DNA of 32,000 nt. Source: Acholeplasma laidlawii PG-8A. GTDB taxonomy: Bacteria; Bacillota_I; Bacilli_A; Acholeplasmatales; Acholeplasmataceae. This document shows positions 7,216 to 14,142 of this stretch, one piece after another. The notes below the pieces were generated by a model, which did not search any database, was not told the DNA's origin, and worked only from the letters and a program-made list of their open reading frames with translations. Within the stretch, counting starts at the first letter, position 1, and each line of letters starts with the position of its first letter. Where the stretch lies: the NCBI RefSeq assembly GCF_000018785.1, contig NC_010163.1:1110001-1142000 (forward strand). The letters run 5' to 3'. The position numbers and the translations under genes were made by a program.

Positions 7216-7982
7216 TTATCCACTTCCCCAATGCTTTCTAATCTTTTAATACTCAAATTTAAATAGTCTTTCTCAAAATCAATGCCAATATATTTTCTGT
7301 TTAGCATGATACTAGCTACCCCTGTTGTACCACTACCACTAAATGGATCTAGTACAACATCACCTTCTTTAGTGGATGCTAGTATGATTCTTTCTAGTAG
7401 CGCTAAAGGCTTTTGAGTTGGATGTTTACCTAATCGCTTTTCAGAGGGTTTTGTCAAACTGAAACGCCAAACATCCTTCATTTGTTTATTGTTGTTTAAT
7501 GATTTCATGAGGCTATAATCAAAATAGTTTTTACTACCTTTTTTTCTTGCCCAAAGCACCGTCTCTGTTGAATGAGTGAATGCTTTTCTAGCAAGGTGTG
7601 GTGGTGGGTTTGTTTTTTCCCAAGTGATATTATTAATGATTTGAAATCCCTCTAGTTCTAGACAAACACCGATAATATAAATATTATGAAGTGTTCCAGA
7701 TATCCATATGGTACCTGTATCTTTTAATATCCTTTTACATTTGTTTAACCAAGTAGTGTTATATTTAATCTTTTCTTCAATGGTCATTTCTGTTTTATCC
7801 CAGGTAGCTTTATTGACAGATACCATCTTGCCACCTTGGCAAGTAATACCATTATTAGATAGAAAATAAGGTGGATCTGCAAAAATCATATCCACAGATT
7901 TTTCATCTAACTCATCTAGAATTTCAAAACTGTCTCCTAAATAGAGTTTGGCATTTCTATTATCATAGTATGGTTTATTCAT
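7212..7982 (-). CDS. dpnA: N6-adenine DNA methyltransferase DpnA type (second MTase of DpnII, N4/N6 MTase family)
   Basis: Motifs IFADPPYFLSN, NITWEKTNP, KQMKDVW, GKHPTQKP, ERIILASTKEGD and DPFSGSGTTG are close to pneumococcal DpnA as I remember it. Confidence 0.9.
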   Translation of the reverse strand: MNKPYYDNRNAKLYLGDSFEILDELDEKSVDMIFADPPYFLSNNGITCQGGKMVSVNKATWDKTEMTIEEKIKYNTTWLNKCKRILKDTGTIWISGTLHNIYIIGVCLELEGFQIINNITWEKTNPPPHLARKAFTHSTETVLWARKKGSKNYFDYSLMKSLNNNKQMKDVWRFSLTKPSEKRLGKHPTQKPLALLERIILASTKEGDVVLDPFSGSGTTGVASIMLNRKYIGIDFEKDYLNLSIKRLESIGEVDK

Positions 7983-8802
7983 AGTTAATGATAATGACTT
8001 CTTCTACATTTCCACGACCATTTGGATTTGAATTTACAACACGCTTTGCAGGGACAACATGTATCTTGTAATCTTTATAAAGATTTCTAATAAAGTCTGT
8101 ATTATGATTACTTAACATCACTTTCACACCACGCTTATCCAATGCTTTAAATGTTTCAAATAATCGTATTTGATCTTCTTTATTAAAATCGCCTTGAGCA
8201 TAGGATGTAAAGGAATTTTTATCTTCCCAAGGATCATATGGTGGATCAAAGTACACAAAGTCATCTTTTTTAGCATCCTTAACTACTTCTTCAAAATCTA
8301 GATTGTTTATATAGACCTCATTAGATCTTAAGTAGTAATGAATGCTTGTTATGTTATCTAAATCATAAAGTTTTACCTTATCTCTTTTTCCTGAAGGTAC
8401 ATTATAAAATCCTTTTTTATTGACTCTATATAAACCATTAAATCCTGCTTTATTTAAGTAAATTACTCTTGCGGCTTTTTCAAATGGTTCAAGTGCACTA
8501 TACCCTTCTAATCTGTCCATCTCTCTAACTTCATAATAATATGTTTCATTATGATTCTTTTCATGATGATCTAACTTTAAAAGTAATTTCTTAAATTGTT
8601 CATTATCTTGTAGAGATATGTAAACAGATATTAAATCCTTGTTTACATCATTGATATAGGCTACATTAGGAGCAAACTCAAACAAGACTGCACCAGCACC
8701 AACAAATGGCTCATAATATGCATTAAAGTGATAAGGCATAAGTTCTTTGATATGACTTAACATTTGTCTTTTCCCACCAACCCATTTTAATACCGGTAAC
8801 AT
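7975..8802 (-). CDS. dpnM: Dam-family (D12 class) N6-adenine DNA methyltransferase, GATC
   Basis: Motifs LKWVGGKRQ, EPFVGAGAV and FVYFDPPY. The track starts at TTG 8823. I prefer ATG 8802, which is preceded by an AGAGG SD. Confidence 0.9.
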   Translation of the reverse strand: MLPVLKWVGGKRQMLSHIKELMPYHFNAYYEPFVGAGAVLFEFAPNVAYINDVNKDLISVYISLQDNEQFKKLLLKLDHHEKNHNETYYYEVREMDRLEGYSALEPFEKAARVIYLNKAGFNGLYRVNKKGFYNVPSGKRDKVKLYDLDNITSIHYYLRSNEVYINNLDFEEVVKDAKKDDFVYFDPPYDPWEDKNSFTSYAQGDFNKEDQIRLFETFKALDKRGVKVMLSNHNTDFIRNLYKDYKIHVVPAKRVVNSNPNGRGNVEEVIIINYE

Positions 8803-8831
8803 TCCAACCTCTTTCAATAACAAGAGGTGTA

Positions 8832-8857
8832 TTCCTTAAAGGTACACCTTTAGGGAA
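8832..8857. repeat. 26-bp dyad site L (12-bp half-sites around a central AC); candidate serine-recombinase crossover site
   Basis: Sequence ttccttaaaggt-AC-acctttagggaa. The two half-sites match 11/12. The site lies 29 nt upstream of the dpnM ATG. Confidence 0.6.
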
Positions 8858-8955
8858 TTGTCAGTTTTTCAATAAATATTTCACTAAAGCCACAAACCTT
8901 AATAACTTGATCAATTTTATTAAAAATGATAGGATTAATATATATCACAAAACGA

Positions 8956-8981
8956 GTTAACAAAGGTGTACCTTTTAGGAA
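8956..8981. repeat. 26-bp site R, inverted copy of site L with central GT; candidate recombinase site
   Basis: Sequence gttaacaaaggt-GT-accttttaggaa. Positions 8962-8981 are the reverse complement of 8832-8851 with 1 mismatch in 20. The inner half-site is degenerate. The site lies 72 nt upstream of the recombinase ATG. Confidence 0.6.
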
Positions 8982-9052
8982 AAAAGAGGTATTTTTTTAT
9001 GCCCATTTAATGCTAGAATGGTAACTATATTATTTTAATAGGAGCTAGCATC

Positions 9053-9631
9053 ATGACATACGCATATATAAGAGTTTCTAGTAAGACTCAACTTATTGAT
9101 AGACAACTATCAGAGATACACAAATTAAACATACCAAATAAAAATATCTTCGTAGATAAAGAAAGTGGTAAAGATTTTAATAGAAAGCAATATAAAAGAC
9201 TTAAAAGTAAACTCAAAAAAGATGACCTTGTTGTCATAAAAAGTATTGATAGATTAGGTAGGAACTATCAAATGATCATCGATGAATGGGCATATATCAC
9301 AAGGACTGTAGGTGCAGATATAAGAGTATTAGACATGCCATTATTAGACACTAGATCACACCCAGAAAACTTAGTAGGTAAGTTTATTAGTGATATTGTT
9401 CTACAAATACTTTCTTTTGTTGCAGAAAATGAGAGAGACAATATTAAACAAAGGCAAGCTGAAGGTATTAGAATAGCAAAAGAAAAGGGCATCCACATGG
9501 GACGCCCTAGATATGTTAAGCCAGATAATTTTGATGATATCGTTAGTTCATTTAAAAATAAACAAATAAGTCTTAATGAAGCCATTTCAACACTAGAATT
9601 ATCTAAATCAACGTTTTATAAGTATTTATAA
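9053..9631 (+). CDS. Small serine recombinase (resolvase/invertase family with C-terminal HTH)
   Basis: Motifs YIRVSS (catalytic Ser), DRLGRN, ENERDNIKQRQAEGIRIAKEKG and GRP, plus a C-terminal HTH (LSKSTFYKYL). AGGAG SD. An extended -10 TGcTAGAAT lies at 9011-9019. Confidence 0.9.
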   Translation: MTYAYIRVSSKTQLIDRQLSEIHKLNIPNKNIFVDKESGKDFNRKQYKRLKSKLKKDDLVVIKSIDRLGRNYQMIIDEWAYITRTVGADIRVLDMPLLDTRSHPENLVGKFISDIVLQILSFVAENERDNIKQRQAEGIRIAKEKGIHMGRPRYVKPDNFDDIVSSFKNKQISLNEAISTLELSKSTFYKYL

Positions 9632-10006
9632 TTTTTCAATAATAGGTAAATCAGCTGCTGCAAAATCATAGTCAGCCATTTCTTCCTTAGTTAAGAATTT
9701 TGTATCTAAGTGTTCATTGGGTTTAAATTCACCCGAAACATATTCAGCAAAATATGCATGTAATGTAATGATAAATGAGTTATACTCATGAACTACAGTA
9801 GTCAAAAAGTCAGTTACTTTAATTTCAACATTAAGTTCTTCTTTAATTTCTCTAGCTAATGCTTCTTGATGTGTTTCACCTGGTTCAACTTTACCACCAG
9901 GAAACTCCCATTTACGTGCAAGTTCGCCTTGGTCTTTTCTTTGTGCAGCAAAATACTTATTATCTTTTTTTATAACAGCTGCTACGACTTCAATTTGTTT
10001 TTTCAT
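9626..10006 (-). CDS. NUDIX hydrolase, MutT/NudG-like (deoxy)nucleoside-triphosphate pyrophosphohydrolase
   Basis: Nudix box GGKVEPGETHQEALAREIKEELNV, about 126 aa. The true start is ATG 10006, with an AAGGAG SD 7 nt upstream inside the REase 3' end. The track start at 10102 is an over-extension. Confidence 0.85.
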   Translation of the reverse strand: MKKQIEVVAAVIKKDNKYFAAQRKDQGELARKWEFPGGKVEPGETHQEALAREIKEELNVEIKVTDFLTTVVHEYNSFIITLHAYFAEYVSGEFKPNEHLDTKFLTKEEMADYDFAAADLPIIEKL

Positions 10007-12950
10007 TTTCTTTCTCCTTCGTGTAATCATATGTAAGTCTTTGATAAATATCATTTGGTACTCTATGTTCAAATTTAAGTTTAAACGAAATTGGTGCTTC
10101 ACCCACGTATTCTTCTACAAAAACTTTCCCTAAATAAGTAAAGTCTCTACTATAGCCTTTACCCTTAGTTGCTTCTGTTGCAGATTTTCTAACAAATAAG
10201 TGGAGGTTAAACCCTAATTCTTTATGGTTAACTAAATTCTTACCTGTTTCATTTGTGGTTCTTGTAGAACCAGGTGATTGCCAGTGGAATGTATTTTGAT
10301 CTATAAAATAGTCATCATAGTTAATACTATCATGTACATCGCCTTTTACCAAATTAACTGTTAAGTAATATTCTTTTTCAATTCTAATTAAGCCTGACAT
10401 TAATAGCCCTGACACATTTTTATCAAACAATGACAGTGTATAGATTTCAGTCTTAGAATACTCATGATAAAGATCTACAAATGGATAAGGTGCCACTTTT
10501 CTATCAAACTCATGATGATATCTAGCAAGACCATAACTAATTGTATTGTTGATAATATCTGTGTATCTAACGTTTTCAAAAATATTACTAAAATCATCGG
10601 ATACTCTGATTTGACTATTTGATTTTTCTATAACCTTTATATTATTCTTTTTATCCGTTACTGAACCAAATTCTAGGAGTAGGTTTTTTACCGAGTGATT
10701 AAAGCTATCCAGGTTAGGGTTATCAATGTATTTTTTCATTTTTGAAAATAATTCATTCATTTCTAGTGCTTTATAATGAGTTAGTTCCCTTAATATTGCA
10801 TATTCATAAGGGCGTTTAATTGGTAACATACTATCGAGATATCCAATTAATTTAATAAATGAATCGTGTAATGAGGAATCTTCTAAAATACCTTTTTCCT
10901 GTGATGCTACAAAACTAATATAGGATTTTTTCTTTTTTATGAACCTAATCGGATCAAACTCATCAAATGCAAAGTCTGTTAATCTAGGAACACGTCCTAG
11001 ATTTTTCTTTTTATCTAGATATGCTTCCTTTAGATAAGTGATCTCGTTAAAGTCAGTAGCCTCTAATTGTGCTAATATTCTTTCCTTTGATACTTTATTC
11101 AAACTAATAAAAGTATCTCCCGGTATATCAAAGAAATCATTTGCTGTAGATACAATCAAATCATCCTTATCATAGGCTTTATCACCAATAAGTGCAATCG
11201 GAAGTAAAAAGTTCTTGTTATGGTTTGCAATAAAGTCTAATACTGTTAAATATTCTTTATCTTTATATTTTCTTAAACCTCTACCAAGTTGTTGCGTGAA
11301 AATAATAGATGAATTCGTCGGTCTTAGCATTAGTATCAAATTCACTGATGGTATATCAATACCTTCATTAAATATCTCTACTGTAAATATATAGGATAAG
11401 GGATCATTTGGATCTTCTAATCTTCTAATAGTATCTTCTCTGTCAAGTTCAGCCGTTCCACCAGTTAAGGCAATAGATACTAATCCTCTTTCATTAAAAG
11501 CATTAGCCATATATTCAGCATGGGCAATATTCACACAATAACCAAGTGCTTTGGTCTTATCTCCAGAATGTTTGTACTTTTTAATATTCTCAATAATTAA
11601 CTCTACACGAGCCTTGATATTTAGTTTTTCAGCTAGTTTATCTATTTCAGTATTTAAATTAATATTTTGAATATCCGTTGTTGCATCTTCTATACCAAAA
11701 TAGTGAAATGGTACTACAAGTTCTTTTTCTAAAGCTTGTCTTAATCTAATTTCAACTGCAATCTGATTATCATATAATTCATAAATATTTCTAGAATCGG
11801 TTCTTTCGGGTGTCGCTGTCATACCTAATAAAAACTTAGGTGTAAAGTAACTTGTGATTCTCTGATAACTATCTGCAGCACTACGATGTGCCTCATCTAT
11901 AATAATATAGTCAAAATAGCTAGGATCAAATAGGTTTAAGTTATCAATTTTAGAAATAGTTTGAACAGATGCAAAAAGATAATCACTTTCTAAATCTTTT
12001 TTAGAACCTACAAATTCACCCATTGATACTTCAGGCATAATTGTTTTGAATGTTCTAAGTGCATCCCTTAATATTTTTCCTCTATGTACAACAAATAATA
12101 CCTTTTTAGGTCTTAACTGGAAAACATCAAATGCAGATAGGTATGTTTTACCAGTTCCAGTGGCAGCAATAATAAGTGCTTTATTACCCCCACTATTTCT
12201 AATGTTATTTAGGCCCTCTAAGGCCATTTCTTGCATTTCATTAGGTTTTATTTCATTAACATCTACTTGTTCAATAAAATCTTTAAGTTCGTTATTTTCA
12301 TCGATATTAAATCCTTGCATCGCATCCACAATCTCGTGATCAGGATTTCTCTTGATAAATTCAAAAAAGAAGTCAAGCATTGCCTTTTTGCCTTCATCAA
12401 CCATTCTTTTACTCTCATAGAGTGTTTTATATTCTTTTATGACTTTAGGTGTTAATTGTAGGGATTTAGGGTCATTAAATAATTCATCAAAGTTATCGAT
12501 GATATTTTCTTTAGTTTTGTCATCATTTTTGGCAACATACTTCAAATTCCACTCGTGGTTATTTTTAAGTGCATACTGAGTCATATTACTTGAACCAACT
12601 ACAATTTCAAAATGATTTCCCATATCGAATATATATGCTTTTGTATGAAACTTTCTAATACTTGTTAAAGCATCATATAGTTTTGCCTCTATATAGTTTT
12701 GGTCACCTATCATTTCAAGTGCTCTAGGTGTAGTACCAAACTCATAATTAGTTGTTATAAGTTTTCCTTTGACACCTCTTTTACCTGCATCTATAAGATC
12801 ATCTATGATGAGTTGCAAGCCAGAGTCACTAATAAAAGCCACGCTAAAAGAAAAACTTTGACATCTTTTCAAAGCATCTTTTAAATAATGATAAAAGCTT
12901 GATTTTAAATTGTTCGTAAGAAGTTCTACGGGTTGTTGATTTATTTTCAC
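9990..12950 (-). CDS. SauUSI-like Type IV modification-dependent restriction enzyme: N-terminal PLD nuclease, SF2/ResIII helicase, C-terminal DUF3427 (SRA-like) domain
   Basis: PLD HxK motif FHTKAYIFD...GSSNMT. Helicase motifs AATGTGKT (I), IIIDEAHR (II), GMTATPER (III) and QQLGRGLRK (VI). The C-terminal FHWQSPGSTRTT...HLFVRK...YLGKV is typical of DUF3427. GTG start with a GAGGT SD. Confidence 0.8.
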   Translation of the reverse strand: MKINQQPVELLTNNLKSSFYHYLKDALKRCQSFSFSVAFISDSGLQLIIDDLIDAGKRGVKGKLITTNYEFGTTPRALEMIGDQNYIEAKLYDALTSIRKFHTKAYIFDMGNHFEIVVGSSNMTQYALKNNHEWNLKYVAKNDDKTKENIIDNFDELFNDPKSLQLTPKVIKEYKTLYESKRMVDEGKKAMLDFFFEFIKRNPDHEIVDAMQGFNIDENNELKDFIEQVDVNEIKPNEMQEMALEGLNNIRNSGGNKALIIAATGTGKTYLSAFDVFQLRPKKVLFVVHRGKILRDALRTFKTIMPEVSMGEFVGSKKDLESDYLFASVQTISKIDNLNLFDPSYFDYIIIDEAHRSAADSYQRITSYFTPKFLLGMTATPERTDSRNIYELYDNQIAVEIRLRQALEKELVVPFHYFGIEDATTDIQNINLNTEIDKLAEKLNIKARVELIIENIKKYKHSGDKTKALGYCVNIAHAEYMANAFNERGLVSIALTGGTAELDREDTIRRLEDPNDPLSYIFTVEIFNEGIDIPSVNLILMLRPTNSSIIFTQQLGRGLRKYKDKEYLTVLDFIANHNKNFLLPIALIGDKAYDKDDLIVSTANDFFDIPGDTFISLNKVSKERILAQLEATDFNEITYLKEAYLDKKKNLGRVPRLTDFAFDEFDPIRFIKKKKSYISFVASQEKGILEDSSLHDSFIKLIGYLDSMLPIKRPYEYAILRELTHYKALEMNELFSKMKKYIDNPNLDSFNHSVKNLLLEFGSVTDKKNNIKVIEKSNSQIRVSDDFSNIFENVRYTDIINNTISYGLARYHHEFDRKVAPYPFVDLYHEYSKTEIYTLSLFDKNVSGLLMSGLIRIEKEYYLTVNLVKGDVHDSINYDDYFIDQNTFHWQSPGSTRTTNETGKNLVNHKELGFNLHLFVRKSATEATKGKGYSRDFTYLGKVFVEEYVGEAPISFKLKFEHRVPNDIYQRLTYDYTKEKENEKTN

Positions 12951-12985
12951 GTCTACCTCATAAATTCTTGTTAACTTTATTTACA

Positions 12986-14128
12986 TTAAATACCTAAATA
13001 ATCATATACACCTTTAACACCATCTACTTCAGTGTCATTGGATATTGATTTTAATCGCTTTTTAGTATTCTTAACTTTAAAGACTTGTTTTAGTATTCTA
13101 ACAAACCACGCCCATGGTAAAAGCCATGGGTGTTTTTTTAAGTAAGTATAAGTTTCTTTGATTCTATCTCTACTCGGGAAAACTTCGCTAAAGAAGAACC
13201 CTAATTTAGATTTTTTAAGTCTTGTTTGTTCGTGCGTTCTTTTTGTTAGATACATATCATGTTTAGTACCAGATCCGTGAATACCACTATTCATGATGTA
13301 ATCTATGACGTGGTAGTCTTGTTCTTGTGGTTTTATTTGATTGGTAAATATTTGATTTAGTCTGATAACTTTATCATTAAAGTCTTTTAAGTTATAAGTT
13401 ATTAGGTATTCATTTAATTTATTCAAATCCATAATAGACTCATAATACTCAAAATACACCTTCATATCTAGTAAACTACGAATACCTACACCTGAGGTGC
13501 GTATATGTCTAATTAAATGTGTTAATAGATAAACATATTCGAAAGCTGGTTCTAACTTATAAGTATAACCATCTACTTGATATACGTGATCCCACACATT
13601 TTTAAGTAGTGCTTCATTTTCATATTCATTGCTAGAAGTGATACTTTGGTGTAGTTCTATAAAGTTACCATCAGCTGTTTCATAAACATGATGATGTGAG
13701 GTAGCACTTTTAAATTTGTAGTTATGCTTAATTAATACTTTTTTAGCCACATCAAACATATCAAGTGGTACAACAACATCAATATCACCCATACCACGCA
13801 TATAACTTTCAGGATACAACTCTTTTAAGTGACTACCCTTCAAGAATACATGTTTAATCTTATGAGTGTTAAAAAGGCTTTTTAAATCCTTAATGATAGC
13901 TTGTTGCTGGATATCTTTAGATACAAAAGCACCAAATGCTTGCAACAGCATTTGGTGATATTTTGGCGTCTTAAAACTGGACTTATCGATTGTCTCAAAT
14001 AAAAGTCCTACTAATCCGTTTTCGAATATAATTTTTGTAAGTTCTAACTCATCTTGACTATCAAACTTATAGGTTTCTTTCTTAAAACTTAAATCAAGTA
14101 AGTGATATATGAGTTCATTTTGCATCAA
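12986..14128 (-). CDS. Pol-beta-superfamily nucleotidyltransferase (NTP_transf_5 / 'uncharacterised nucleotidyltransferase' type)
   Basis: Motifs FLKGSHL...RGMGDIDVVVP and IELHQS, plus a Trp-rich C-terminal helix (HPWLLPWAWFVRIL). It starts 14 nt after capD and ends 35 nt before the REase gene. Confidence 0.65.
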   Translation of the reverse strand: MMQNELIYHLLDLSFKKETYKFDSQDELELTKIIFENGLVGLLFETIDKSSFKTPKYHQMLLQAFGAFVSKDIQQQAIIKDLKSLFNTHKIKHVFLKGSHLKELYPESYMRGMGDIDVVVPLDMFDVAKKVLIKHNYKFKSATSHHHVYETADGNFIELHQSITSSNEYENEALLKNVWDHVYQVDGYTYKLEPAFEYVYLLTHLIRHIRTSGVGIRSLLDMKVYFEYYESIMDLNKLNEYLITYNLKDFNDKVIRLNQIFTNQIKPQEQDYHVIDYIMNSGIHGSGTKHDMYLTKRTHEQTRLKKSKLGFFFSEVFPSRDRIKETYTYLKKHPWLLPWAWFVRILKQVFKVKNTKKRLKSISNDTEVDGVKGVYDYLGI

Positions 14129-14142
14129 TATATAATTATCCT

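Noticed and set aside
8822-8990. A possible MITE: 20-bp terminal inverted repeats (8832-8851 / 8962-8981) flanked by a direct repeat aagaggt (8822-8828 and 8984-8990), read as a target-site duplication.
   Set aside because: The aagaggt copies are not flush with the repeat ends (3-nt and 2-nt gaps). The motif is just an SD-like purine run that is common here. The internal dyad symmetry with a 2-bp core, next to a serine recombinase gene, is explained better by recombinase sites.
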